Below, one piece after another: positions 41,301-54,790 of a stretch of DNA of 64,000 nucleotides. The first letter of the stretch is position 1. Each line of letters opens with the position of its first letter. The notes under the pieces were generated by a model. That model was not told where the DNA came from. It saw nothing but the letters and a program-made list of their open reading frames with translations, and did no database searches. The stretch is taken from the NCBI GenBank assembly GCA_964016885.1, contig OZ024742.1:270072001-270136000 (forward strand). The letters are read 5' to 3'. Origin of the DNA: Eledone cirrhosa (taxonomy: Eukaryota). The position numbers and the translations under genes were made by a program.

Positions 41301-43909
41301 AGACGCCGGAAGAAATCAGGCCGGCCTGCTCCTGTCTGGACATAGACGGCCACTAACCTGAAAGCTTGCCCATCTCCGCTGGTCACGTCCAGCACCACAA
41401 AGGTACCTTCTGGGTCCAGGAAGATGGCCCGTATGGCGAGATCCAAACCTCTCCGAAAAAGCACAGCAAATCCTCCCTCCGATCCGGACGGCTGGGAGAT
41501 GCGTACACAACGTATCCGTCAAAGATCGGTGCGAAGGCCCGTGCTTCGGAGATTCTGGTCTCGCTGATGGCTACTACATCTATGTTTAGTGATCTGAGGT
41601 CGTTGAGCAGGTGGCCCTGCTTCCATGACGACCCCAAGCCACGCATTTATGCTGCCTTTTCTGAGTGAGGTCATGTTGAAAAGGAGTGGAAAATATGGGA
41701 AAGACGACTTACCTTACTTGTCGTAGAGGAAGGATGGTGTGTTCATCCTTTTCACTACTTGTGGCCTCGTCCGGAAGGATATCCTTATAAATCCTCCTGG
41801 AGAGTGCTTGTCGGAAGTCTCCGATGTCTTTGGGGAATTTTTGTTTTAGTGTCGTGTATCTTTTCTGTGTGATGCGAGTGATTTGCATGTGTGGAGTTGG
41901 TGTGAACTTTTGGGTTGTTGTGTAGTCTTTTTCTGTGATGCTGGTGTTGTGTTGGATGTAGTGTAATAATTGGTTGTTGTTCAAATGTAATGCTGTGTAG
42001 TGTGTATCGTTTTGGTTGTTTTGTTTTGTTTCGTTTGTTGTGGGTTTGTTTCTGTTTCGCTTGTTGGTGACTTTTGTGGTGTTAGTGATGGTGGTGTTGG
42101 GGTAAATGATGGTGATGGTGTTGGTGTTTGTGGTGATGGCGTTGGTGATGCTGGTGTGGATGGTGGCATAGCTGTACTAACTTTTTTGTTTGATAGTTTA
42201 TTTGTTTCCCTCTGTATTTTGTTTTTGGAGGGGGAAGGAAGAGAATTTTTTCTTTTTTGGTTTCTTTTTTTTTTCCGGATATCGTTTCCCACTCCTCCTC
42301 GTCACAATCTGTCTCCAGTTGTGATAGGCCGGGGAGTGGAAAATCCTCCACAGCCGTTAGTTTTGGTTGTGGTGTGGTGGATGGTGTAGGCGCTGGTGCT
42401 AGTTCTGAAGCGTTGGGTGGTGGTGGTGTTGGTTTTGCTGGTGGTGGTAGTGGTGTTGGTTTTGCTACTGTTGCTGGGATTGTTGCTGTTATAGTTGCTT
42501 CTGTTGTTGCTGCTACAGTTGTTGCTGCCATCTCTGCTACTGGTGGTGTTGATGGTTGTGTCACTGGGGTGGGTAGGAGAGGTGGCCTCAACTTTTTAGC
42601 CTGAGGGCAGAAAGCCCTTAGGTGGGTTCCTTCACCACAAACGACACACCTAGGTCTTCTGCCCTCGACAATTACCGTGAGGTGGCTGCCGTCAGTGAGG
42701 TCTATTACCTCTGGGATCTCCTCAATGCTTTTTTGGTCCGCTTGGATCAGGAGCTCCATCCCAGATCCGGACCAGTTTTCCTGCTTTTCTTTTGCTACTG
42801 CTATTATTTTCGTGTTGGCTTCGATGCCGGCGAGGACAGCCGCTATTAGCCAGGGAATTTCGATGGCCGGTGGAACGTGGGTCACCCTGATCTTTACGAG
42901 TCTCTGGCCACAATAGCTTGGGACGAGTGTGAGGTCGTCACTTTTTAATGGGGCCATGGATTTTTCTCTAGCCTCCACTGGTGTTTCAAAGAACACATCC
43001 ACGGTTCCATACTTTTGCCCACGTCTGATGTGGGTTTTTCTTGCCCACACATGTCGCAAAGCTTTTTGGATTTGGGACTCGGATGCCCGTTCCACTCGGC
43101 GCAATTTTACATTTATTGTTCTATACGACACGGTGCACAGGCGCCGATGCTCCATTTTATTAGGTGGGGGGGGGGAGGCTGACCCTGTACCCATCTTTCT
43201 TTACCATTTGTTTGGCATTTTCTAAATCTTCTTGAGTTACCGTGAACGCTTCGAATTGTTTTGCTACGATGGCGAAACTGAGGGTCGGTTTTATAATGTC
43301 ATTGTTGTTGTTGTTGCTATCGTTATTTGTGTTAATCTTAATTTTTGTTTCAGTTGTGGTGGTGGTGACGTCATTCGTCTTTGGTGCGGAAGAGTCCATT
43401 TTGCTTGATTTCATTTCGACATCACGAGTTAATTTATTTTTTTCTTCTTTTGTTTCTGTTGTCGCGGTGGTGGTGGGGGTGGTGGTTGTTGCGGTGGTGG
43501 TGGTGGTGGAGGCTTTAACACCTGCAGTCATTGGTAATGGCGGGAAATGAATGTCTGCCTGAGACAAATTTAAAATATTGCTACTGCTTATATTTTTTTT
43601 GTGTTGGTAAACGTAGTAACATTTACAATGGTGGTGTCTGTGTGAGGTGTTATTTTGTGAGGAAGGCTTTCAGCTGCTTCGTGCAGAGGGGAATTAGCCA
43701 TTTTTTTTCAAAGAAATTTTTGGATAATAATAAAAGTTAAAATTTTGGGCACAAGGCCCCAATCTTTTTGGGTGTCCTTTTCGGAAAACAATGTATGTGT
43801 GCTTATAAACAGTTAACAATAACATTTTCCATAAATGGCAATTTTTAACAAACGGAAATAACAAACCTTTGCGGAGCTCACGATGATACGATTTACTACG
43901 TAGGTCGCC
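38324..43909 (-). mobile_element. L1/Tx1-like LINE copy C, both ends present, frameshifted
   Basis: ORF1 with CX2CX4HX4C knuckle (CVVCGEGTHLRAFC, 42082-43194). ORF2 APE (ISETR, LVGDWNGILD), RT (NFRPITLLNTEFKILAKVL, SAYADDVTV) and C-terminal zinc motif. AATAAA at the 3' end; (AAT)n on both sides. Confidence 0.93.
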
Positions 43910-43939
<30 letters not shown>

Positions 43940-43940
<1 letters not shown>

Positions 43941-46900
43941 GATCGAATAGATCAAATAGATCGAATACAGAACAGACATATAACAACTGGAAAAAGAAAC
44001 ATCCCGAAAACAGAGGCAGTAACAAACTAGCGAATATACGAAGAAACATTGTTAAAAAAAGTTACTAAATGATATGGAAATTGATCGGATCAAGCACAGG
44101 GTCAGCGAAGGGAAAATGAAACATGTGACAGTGAAAACGATGTAAATTGTAACACTTCGCATCCAAGGGTTGGGGCGGAATCACTGACAGCAGAAAATAT
44201 TAAAGAAATGATCGCGAAAGTGGAGGGAGTGCATGATCAAGATGAAACTCAAAATGAACACAATGAGATCATAAATGATAAAGAAATAAATGAGAATGAA
44301 CTTGCCAACTTGAAGGATGAAATTATGTTAGAATGGATGAAAATGAAAGAATCTGACATGGGGGAACGAGACACTCTCCCTAAGATCCAGAACTCCAAAC
44401 AGAACCAAAAGATAATACCCTAGACTAACATAATTCTCAAAAACATTATCATCACAAACAAACTAAACATTAATGATCTAAATCATCTCTATTATGCATC
44501 GCCTAAAGTCACCACTTACTTATGTGGAGTGAAAATGAATAAAACAAAGGAATTCTCACAAGAAATCTACTTGGCAAGAGAACATTAATCGACAAATAAA
44601 CCTTCTCCGATCTGACATAGACATTTTAACAAACTACTAAGTAGGTGAACATGTTAAACAAACTAAACTTAGAAAATTGTAAAGTATAAAATCAACAAGT
44701 GACATAGACATGCTGATAGAAATAATCAATCAAAAGGTGTCGGCCGAAGCTGCTCGTATAAGGTGCTTTGAAAAACGATCTAGATTCTATATGGACAATA
44801 ATATGTTCAAAAACAACCAAAGAAATTCTGCAGAAAAATTGGCAACTGGTAAATTAATACCACCCAAGGAGGAAGTGCAAGAATTCTGGGAAAAGATCTG
44901 GGCCGATAAAAAAGGTCATAATATACATGCCCCATGGATAGGCAGACAAATGAACGATACAACTCACCTTGAGGAACAAACATGGGAAAATATAACAGTT
45001 GAACATCTGCATTTGGCTCTTAGAAAAACCAGTAAATGGAAATCCCCAGGAAAAGACAAAATACAAAACTTTTGGATAAATGCCTTCACAGAGTCTCATG
45101 AGCTGTTAGCCCAAATTTACAATGAAATAGTTAAGGAGCCAGAAAAGATACCATCATGGCTAGTTAACGGCATTACATTCCTACTTCCGAAGAAGATGAG
45201 ACAAACAACCCCCAAAATTACACTCCGATAACTTGCTTGACAACAATGTATAAAATGTTAACATCAGTCCTAACTGAATATACATATGACCAGCAGATAA
45301 CAAATTATCTATTTCCCAATGAGCAGAAAAGGGGTAAACGAGGCTCATATGGCTGTAAGGATCAGCTTTTGGTTAACAAAATGATACTGGAAGATTGTCA
45401 TAATAGACACAAAAATCTATCAATTGCTTGGATAGATTATAAAAAAGCAACGATAGTTTGCTGCACAGTTGGATTGAAAAATGTTTATAGATTTTCAAAA
45501 TATCTCCCGTTGTCAGGATGCTCCTGTCATTCAGTATGAAACATGGAAAACGATACTCTTTTGAGTAGTGAAAACAAATCCCTGGAAGCTGGAGAAGTTA
45601 ATATTAATTGTGGAATTTTTCAGGTTGACTCTTTATCACCGCTTTTATTCTGTATGGCACGTATACCATTAAGGAAAATGCTCAATGAAACAAAACATGA
45701 ATATAAATCTATGACAAAATCATTAATCACTTGTTTTACAAGGATGACCTGAAACTATTTGAAAAAAATGATGAACAATTGCAAGGGCTATTATCCTCTG
45801 TGAAGCAGTTCAGTGATGACATTAAAATGGTGTTTGGACTACATAAATGCGCCAAATCAACGTTCACGAGAGGAAAGCTGTTGATAAGTTCAGACATTAA
45901 TCTTGAGCGGGGGCATGTGATAAGAGAACTTGATCAAGAGGAAACTTACAAATATCTAGGTGTTTGTGAAGGAGACGGAATCAAGCACTCGACAATGAAG
46001 GAAATGATAAGGAAGGAATGTTACCGCAGAGTAAGAGCAATCCTAAGAACGGAATTGAATGCAAGGAATAGGATCGATGCCATAAACACACGCTTGCCAT
46101 ACCAGTAGTAACCTACAGTTATAATGACATCAACTGGTCAAGCACAGAGATCCGTAGGCTCGATACAAAAATTAGATAATTCTTAAACATGCACCGAATG
46201 CATCACCCCAAGGCAGATACAGATAGAAATATCTCTCCATAGGAAAGAAGGAGGACGTGGGTTAGTCCAGTTGGATATTGCGTTGAAATCTGCAACAATT
46301 GGAATATGTGAATATCTAAGGGAATCACATGTTGGCTGTTCAAACTCGTTTTGAAACACGAAAGCATCAACAGATCATACTCCATTACAAAAGATGCCCA
46401 AAGATACAGTAATGGACTACAAATTTCAGAAGTTCCATTTAATGGTGAAATGAAAATCACAGAAAAAGCAAAGCAGGTAAAAGTAACTGCACATAAATAA
46501 CTGCTACAGAAACTGGTTAAGTAATGGCAATAAAAGCCTCTGTATAGAAAATACACAGAAAGAGCTAACAATACTGATGTTGACAAAACTTTAACCCATC
46601 CGTGGTTGGCATCCTCGTCACTGAAATCGGAGACTGAAGGACTTCTAATATGAGCACAAGATCAGTGTCTGCCAACCAAAAATTACCAAGCCAACATAAT
46701 CAAAGATGGACGCAAAGTATTATGCCGTGTATGTAAAAAACAACCAGAGACCATTGATCATATAATTTTAAATGTGCAGTCCTATAGCTCCAACCGAATA
46801 CCCAAACAGGCATGACAGAGCTGCACAATACATACATTGGATAATGTGTAAGCATTTTGACCTGTCCCATCAAAAGAATTGGTAGGAGCATCAACCACCT

Positions 46901-47440
46901 CCCACATATGAAAAAGATCACATCTCAATCTTGTGGAACTTTAGCATCCAAACAGACCGAATACTAGATGCAAATAGACCTGATATAATACTGAAGGACT
47001 TTAAAAAGAGGGTATGAATGCTAATTGATATGTCCGTTCCAATAGACAAGAATGTATCTATAAAACATTTGAATAATTGAGCAAGTATGAGGACCTGGAG
47101 ATAGAAATTGGAAAAATCTGGAAATTGAGTACTAAAACAATACCAGTGGTTGTAGGCATTCTAGGAATGATACCTAAGGGGTCTAATGATTACTTATCGG
47201 AAATCCCAGGAAACCCGCGTATAGGAGAAATACAAAAGCTAGTACAAATGGGAACTGCCCATATACAAAGGAAGATTATGTCAATATAAGTACATCACAA
47301 GTCTAAACACCGAAAGATGCATGTGTATGTATGTATGTTCTTTCTTGAACATGGCGGACCTTGTTGTCTCTTGAGGTCACTGGTTGTGACTTGGTGATAA
47401 CTCGTATGAACATAAAGCAGGATAAATGCAACTGTAATAA
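43940..47440 (+). pseudogene. Second-family R4/Dong-like RT-RLE LINE, decayed
   Basis: KWKSPGKDKIQNFW, GCKDQLLVNK, GIFQVDSLSPLLF, FYKDDLKLF, SKYEDLEIEI..IPVVVGILG. Confidence 0.9.
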
Positions 47441-47460
47441 TTATAACAATAATAAAAATA

Positions 47461-47643
47461 ATAATTTTTTCTACTATTGGCACAAGGCCAGCAACTACAC
47501 AGTACATTACTGGTACTTTATTTTATCGGCCCTGTAAGGATGAAAGGTAAAGTTAACCTCGGCGAGTTTGGAACGCGGAATGGCAAGGGCTGTAACTCTA
47601 TGAGCCAAAGCATGGCGTCCAACCCGCTACCGATACTGCCAAT
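47461..47643 (-). mobile_element. tRNA-derived SINE
   Basis: Matches the SINE at 1391-1582. Confidence 0.88.
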
Positions 47644-47659
47644 AATTGATTAGGTTAGG

Positions 47660-48890
47660 AATTGATAAGGTCTGAGTACGTAAAAAGAGTAAGGAGCATA
47701 TTAAAATCACATCTAAATAGTAGGAATGTCATCAGTGCAGTGAATTCGCAAGCTGTGTCTATTATTAGGTACAGTGCGCGAATTCTGAAATGGAATGTTG
47801 CTGAACAAAAGGAAATGGATAGGAACACTAGGAAGCTATTAATTATCTACAGCATATTCCACAAGAGGAGTGATGTCGATATACTCTACTTAAGGAGATC
47901 TGAAGGTGGAAGAGGTCTTATCAACATAGAGGACTTGTTCAGATGGAGAAAGACAACCTGCACAAATACGTGACCGACAGTAGGGGGCCAATGCTCATAA
48001 TTGTACTGAAGGAGAGAACAATAGACCAGGAGATGTCCAAGGAAGAAATAACAACAAGGAGGAAGAGCAACCTTCATGAAAAATCCGTCCATATTACCTT
48101 CTTTGAGAAAACAGAATTTAGAAATCCACAGACATGGAACTGGTTAAAAAGAGGAAACCTTAAAAAGGCTTCAGAAGGAATGCTAATGGCTACGCAAGAG
48201 CAGGCACTTAATACGAAGTTGTTGAACCACCATATTTACAAGGAGGAGGCTAGCCCACTATGTAGGATCTGTGGAGAGAGAGAGGAGACTGTGGCTCACA
48301 TTGTATCCGAGTGTACACACCTAGCCCAGACTCACTATAAAGGCTGCAGACGTGATGTGATGGGCTGGGTGATCCACTGGCACCTATGCAAAGTAAACAA
48401 TTTACCACATTCTGAGAAGTGGTATGAGCATAAGCCAGAGTCGCTGATAGAAAACGATCAGGTGAAGGTGCTGTGGGATTTCAGAATATAGACGGATAAG
48501 AAACTGGAACACAATAGGCATGACCTGGTGGTTTTGGACAAGAATACAAGATCGTGCCTGATTGTAGATGTAGCCTTTAATTTGACACGAGAGTGCTAGA
48601 AAAGGAGAGGGAGAAAATTAACCGATACTAGGACTTAAAATGGGAGGTAAAAAGGATTTGGAACTGCCATGAAGTCATAGGCGCACTAGGTACTATCTCA
48701 AAGAGTTTTCAAGGAGGGTTAAAGAAAGTTAGTCCAGCCCCGCTTTTTGGAATAGTTCAAAAAGGCATGCTTGTTGGGAACAGCAAGAACCCTGCGATAC
48801 GTCCTGAATATCCTAGGCTGCAGGTAGCGGCTTGATATTCATTTAAAAAAACTTTCCAGTTAAATAACATCAAATAGACTCAAAGAACAA
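47660..48890 (+). pseudogene. 5'-truncated R4/Dong-like LINE copy with (AAT)n tail
   Basis: Collinear with 58090-59340. Confidence 0.93.
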
Positions 48891-48909
48891 TAACAATAAT
48901 AATAATAAT

Positions 48910-48989
<80 letters not shown>

Positions 48990-50214
48990 GGGAAGAAGAC
49001 GCACGAGGTGGTAGACTGTCATGAAATCGCTCCCGCAAGTTTTGAATTTTTAACATATTTAAATCATTTGTGAAATATCAACTCTTAGTACAAATGCTAC
49101 GTAAAGCATCCGGCTTGAGCCCCAAAAAAATTCGGACCCAAAATATATTGTTATAAGGCTCAAATATTCAAATATTCAACTTTGTATTGTACATTGTATA
49201 TTCAAAAAAAAAATGGCTATAAATGGAAGAAGAAGAACCCCCCATCCTCTGTCTACACTATATAGGACAGCCAAACAACACCAATCTCACCAACACCAGA
49301 AACTAGATACACCGCCTACCCCATCACCTCTCTGTGTACACTAAACACAATAGCCAGATAACGGCAATTTCACCACCACCACAACCAATCTCAACATAAT
49401 AATGATAATAATAAATACTATTATTATTGTCCCAAGTTTTAACAACATGTTTAACCCCATAGATTCACCGAACGGACATCAGTAACGACAACGCCGCCCA
49501 TCCATCATTACTACCACTATCCCATCACCGCCACCACCACTCCTTCATTGCTACCACCGCTAAAACACCACCATCACTAAAGTAATACGACCACATCACC
49601 ACCACCACTGCCATCATTACTACCACTATCCCATCACCGCCGCCACCACTCCTTCATTGCTACCACCGGTACAACACCATCACTACAGTAATACGATCAC
49701 ATCACCACTACCTCAGTATTGACATCACCACCACCACTGTCTCACTATCGCTACCGCCGCTATTCTCTCCCATTGCTTCCAGCTAGTTGCTGCCACCACA
49801 TTATAGAATTCCTACTAAAAAAGAGGAAGGCATCAAAATATATAGATACACTCAAAAGAAAAAAAGAAAAACAAACATCAAAACCAAAGCAGCACAGCAA
49901 CAACAGCAAAAAAAAGAGAAAAAACAAACAGAGAAAAACAAAAACAAAAAAAAAACGTAAAGAAAATAAGAATGAAAAGAGAAACAAGCGGATGGACAGA
50001 GAAGAGAAGGGAAAAACTAAGTCAGAGATTCAAACACTACATTACAATGAAACTTATGCTTATTCATTTTTGTTTTTTTTTCTGCCTGTGTGTTTGATTG
50101 TTTATTTGTGTTCGTCTACAGCGTGGTGATAATGCCACACAAGAGCCCAGTGGAGCGGCGCAACCACCGGAGACGGTGAATCCACAGATGGCTATGTAAC
50201 CATACATTCGCCAA

Positions 50215-51213
50215 TCTATATATATAAAACTGTGGTTGTCTGTCTGTCTATCGATTTTTGGCACACATCTCCTCTTAGAATCTCTCACGGAATTGCACCG
50301 AAATTGGTATACTTGTACATTGAGCCCTAGCGAAGACATCGCAAAAAAAAATTTCAAATTGACCCACCCTAGGTGACGAAATCGAATATAATGTATCGAT
50401 TTTTGAGCGTAAGTTATCAGTTATTTCCCTTTGTTCTGTTTACATTGAGCGTCTTACGTAAAAAATTACGCTGGCTTTCTCAGCGTTTCGAACAGTTGTC
50501 GAGCCAGCAAAATATTGACCTGCAAAATTCATCAGTTCGAACACTAAGCTTCCGTTTTGCTTCATTTCCATTTAAAAGCATTTTAAAACAATATTTTTAC
50601 TTGAAAACAAGTCTATTTAAAGACTACGTAAAACAAGCAAATATTTCGTCGTTAGGCGTGCAGACAGACAGTCGTGCAGACAGACAGTCGTGCAGAGAGG
50701 TGATATACGCGTGCAGACAGATAGTCGTGCAGAGAGGTGATATAGGCGTGCAGACAGACAGTCGTGCAGAGAGGTGATATAGGCGTGCAGACAGACAGTC
50801 GTGCAGAGAGGTGATATAGGCGTGCAGACAGACAGTCGTGCAGAGAGGTGATATAGGCGTGCAGACAGACAGTCGTGCAGAGAGGTGATATAGGCGTGCA
50901 GACAGACATAACTGATAATTTGGTTACGCTAATGTTTTTCTCTGCGTTGCAGTGTTTACATTTTCGATCTTTGTTAAAAAATAACCAGTGCAGTTTCTAT
51001 CCCCAGCATCCTCTTTTGTTATAACATTCGGGTTATCGTTATGTTTTCTTAACTTCATAAGGCATATTGTTGGTTGAGGGAATATTAATCAAAAACACCA
51101 CATGCAAGTCTGCACAGTAGACTCTACAGTTTTTAAGCCAAGAAAGAAACTTAACATTGTAACTTTAACACAGCTACTGAGCGACCCCGAGCAACGCCGG
51201 GCTTTACTGCTAG
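50215..51213 (+). mobile_element. Non-autonomous Helitron
   Basis: Starts TCTATATATATAAAA; ends with hairpin CCCGAGCAACGCCGGG followed by ...CTAG. Inserted between A and T without target duplication (empty site CGCCAA|TCCTCG in units 2 and 3). Confidence 0.92.
50654..50908. repeat. 37-bp minisatellite inside the Helitron
   Basis: Unit AGGCGTGCAGACAGACAGTCGTGCAGAGAGGTGATAT, about 6.5 copies. Confidence 0.95.
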
Positions 51214-54200
51214 TCCTCGATAAGAGTGTTTAAATATCGAACCTAAACAGTTCGAATAACGGTGAAATGGAGACTAGACCGTCATGTGACAGACTCTCAC
51301 CCAACAGGTGCTCCCTGGCTCAGCAGCAGGGACCTGGCTGTCAACCAAATACTGCTGGTGTCGGAGGAAGAAGAAGAAGGAAAGGGACCAGAACCAACTA
51401 GACGAAAGAATTGAATAGAACTGTTATGCAATGTTACCTGAAAAGTAACCCCAAGGAGAGGGGCTATAGGAGACGGATGCATAACATCTGGAACGAGATT
51501 AGTCTATTTAAATTAGATGAACAAAAATTGGCCGGGCAGGCTCGGGTAATAAGAACTAATGTGTGGATAAGCGAGCTGGAACTGGACGAACTGAGCAGAG
51601 AGATTAGCTTGGAGATGGAGGGTGGAGTATGCCAGGCAAACGAGCCAGTGGGAAATGAAGGTGAAGAGGTCGAGAGAACGGAGGAACCACCCGAAGCAGA
51701 CAATGATCTTAATACTGAGATAAATAATACCTGGAACAGAGATACGGCCACTGAGGAGATGAATGCTGATGGCTAGGACACGATTTGGTTGATATCCTAA
51801 ACTTAGTGGTAGATGAATTTAACAATGATAGTGGGAGACCTATGAACCTAAGATTTGTAGACAGGAAAAAGTTAAAAGAAACAATAGCTAAGGTAAACAA
51901 AGTCATCCCATAGCTTGAGGCGAGGAGCCTTCACCAGTGCAACAATATCCTCAAAGCAACAGCAAATACGGTGAGGAAACTACTTGGTATAAAAGCGAGA
52001 GGAAACAACAGACAAGAAAGAGCAGAGCTTTGGTGGAAGAAACGACTGAGTGGTCAAATGAGGGAAATGAGAAATGACATTGGAAAGCTTGAGTCACTAC
52101 TGAATGGGACACTAAAAAACATAGACACTAAAAATAGACTGGAAATAAAGTACAAAACTAGGAGGAAAAAGCTAAATATTATCATAGAGGAACTGAAGCA
52201 AGGCATTGTAGCAAAGAGTGCAAAAATCAGGCGATACGAGAACAGAGTCAGTCAGTATAAACAGAACAGCATGTTCGACAACAACCAGAAGATGCTGTTT
52301 GGACAGCTTGAGGGGAAAGAAAGAGGCAACGACTTGATCCCTGAGGCGGAACAAACTAAAACATTCTGGAGAGGAATATGGGAGCAGGATGTTAGACATA
52401 ATGACCAGGCAGGGTGGATTGAGACAGTACAGAGGGAGATCGGTGAGCAGGCACACCAACAAACTGATTTGAGTATCACAGTTGAAACTTTTAAGGGGCA
52501 GGCCAAAAAACTAACCAACTGGAAATCACCAGGCCCAGATGGTGTGCAGGGGTATTGGATTAAAAATTTAACATCCCTCCACCCGAAGCTGACAACCATG
52601 TTCAATGACTGCTTGATGTCAGGTGAGGTACCAGAGTGGTTGACAAAAGGTACCACAGTTCTGGTAATGAAGGACCGAATCAAGGGTAATGATGTTACCA
52701 AATATAGAGCTATCACATGTCTGTCCGTAATGTGGAAACTGCTGACGAGAATTGTGTCTGAGGAAATCTACCATCCCCTCCACACAAACAACTTGTTACG
52801 GGACGAACAGAAAGGATGCCGAAAGAATTCACGTGGTACAAAGGACCAGTTGCTTATTGATAAGATGGTAATGGGGAATTGCAGGAGGAGACACACTGGT
52901 CTTGCCATGGGATGGATCGACTTTGAAAGGCATTTGACATGGTGCCTCATTCTTGGATCACCAAAAGCCTGGAGATCTTCAAGGTGGCAGATAACATCAG
53001 ACAGTTGCTGGGCAGAAGTATGAGGTCCTGGAAAACAGAGTTGACATCAACTGGAGAATCCTTGGGAAGCGTGAAGATCAAGAGAGGTATCTTCCAGGGA
53101 GATAGTCTGTCCCCTCTGTTGTTTGTCCTTGCCCTGATGCCCCTGACCAGTGTACTGCGAAATGTGAGAGCAGGATACAGGTTGGGAAAGGGAGGGCTTA
53201 CCATCAATCACCTCCTCTTCATGGACGATATTAAGCTCTTCGGGAAGAGTGAGATGGAGTTGGATGTGCTTGCTGACACTGTCCGTATTTTCAGCAGTGA
53301 TATATGTATGCAGTTTGGTATTAGTAAGTGTGGAGTCATTGTGATGAGGAGGTGTACGTTGAGCAGAAGTAACGGAATCCAGATAACAACAGGTGAGATG
53401 ATAAAGGAAATTGACTCGGAGGAAGGATACAAGTATTTGGGCGTTCTGGAGGCTGATGGCATAAAGAACAAACAAATGAAGGAATTGTTAAGAACTGAAT
53501 ACATTCGGAGAGTAAGGAGCGTATTGAAGTCACATCTGAACAGTAGAAATGCCATAAGCGCAGTAAATTCCCGAGCTGTGTCTATTATTAGGTACAGTGC
53601 GGGAATTCTGAGATGTAATGTTGCTGAACAAAAATAAATGGATAGGAAGACTAGGAAGCTATTGACTATCTACAACATGTTCCACAAGAGGAGTGATGTC
53701 GATAGACTCTACCTAAGGAGATCTGAGGGTGGAAGAGGTCTTATCAGCATAGAGGAATGTGTTCAGATGTAGAAAAACAACCTACATAAATACGTGACTG
53801 ATAGTAAGGAGCCAATGCTCAGAACTGTACTGAAGGAGGGGACAATAGACCAGGGGATGTCCAAGGAGGAAATAACATCAAGGAGAAAGAGCAGCCTCCA
53901 GGGAAAATCCCTTCATAGTACCTTCTTTGAGAAAACTGAATTTAGAGATCCACAGACATGGAACTGGTTGAGAAGAGGAGACCTCAAAAAGGCTACAGAT
54001 GGAATGTTAATGGCTGCACAGGAGCAGGCCCTCAACACGAAGTGGTTGAAACACCATATTTACAAGGAGGAGGCTAGCCCATTGTGCAGGATATGTGGAA
54101 AGAGAGAGGAGACTGTGGCTCACATTGTATCCGAGTGTAAACACCTAGCCTAGACCCACTTTAAGGGCTGAACACATGATGTGATGGGCAGGGTGATCCA

Positions 54201-54730
54201 CTGGCACCTGTGCAAAGTAAACAATTTACCACATTCTGAGAAATGGTATGAGCATAGGCCAGAGGCGGTGATGGAGAACGATCAGGTGAAGGTGCTGTGG
54301 GATTTTAGGATACAGACGGACAAGAAACTGGAACACAATAGACCTGACCTGGTGGTTGTGGACAAAGACAAAAGATCGTGTCTGATTGTGGATGTGGCCT
54401 GCCCATTTGACACGAGAGTGCAAGAGAAGGAGAGAGAGAAAATTAACCGATACCAGGACTTAAAGTGGGAGGTAAAAAGGATTTGGAACTGTCATGAAGT
54501 CAAAGTGATCCCGATTGTCATAGGAGCACTGGGGACTGTCTCCAAAAGTTTCCAGGGATGGTTAAAGAAAATCGGCCCCTTCACGCTTTTTGGAACGCTT
54601 CAAAAGGCATGCTTGCTGGAAACAGCAAGAACCCTCCGATATGTCCTGAATATCTGAGGCTGCAGGTAGTGGCTTGATATTCATTCCAACGGACTTTCCA
54701 GTTGACTAACCTCAATGACTGAGATTCAAG

Positions 54731-54789
<59 letters not shown>

Positions 54790-54790
<1 letters not shown>

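Larger units (their letters stand above)
48990..54735 (+). mobile_element. R4/Dong-like array unit 1 (leader plus disrupted ORF ~51267-54657; Helitron nested in the leader)
   Basis: Highly similar to unit 2, with stops and frameshifts. Confidence 0.93.
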
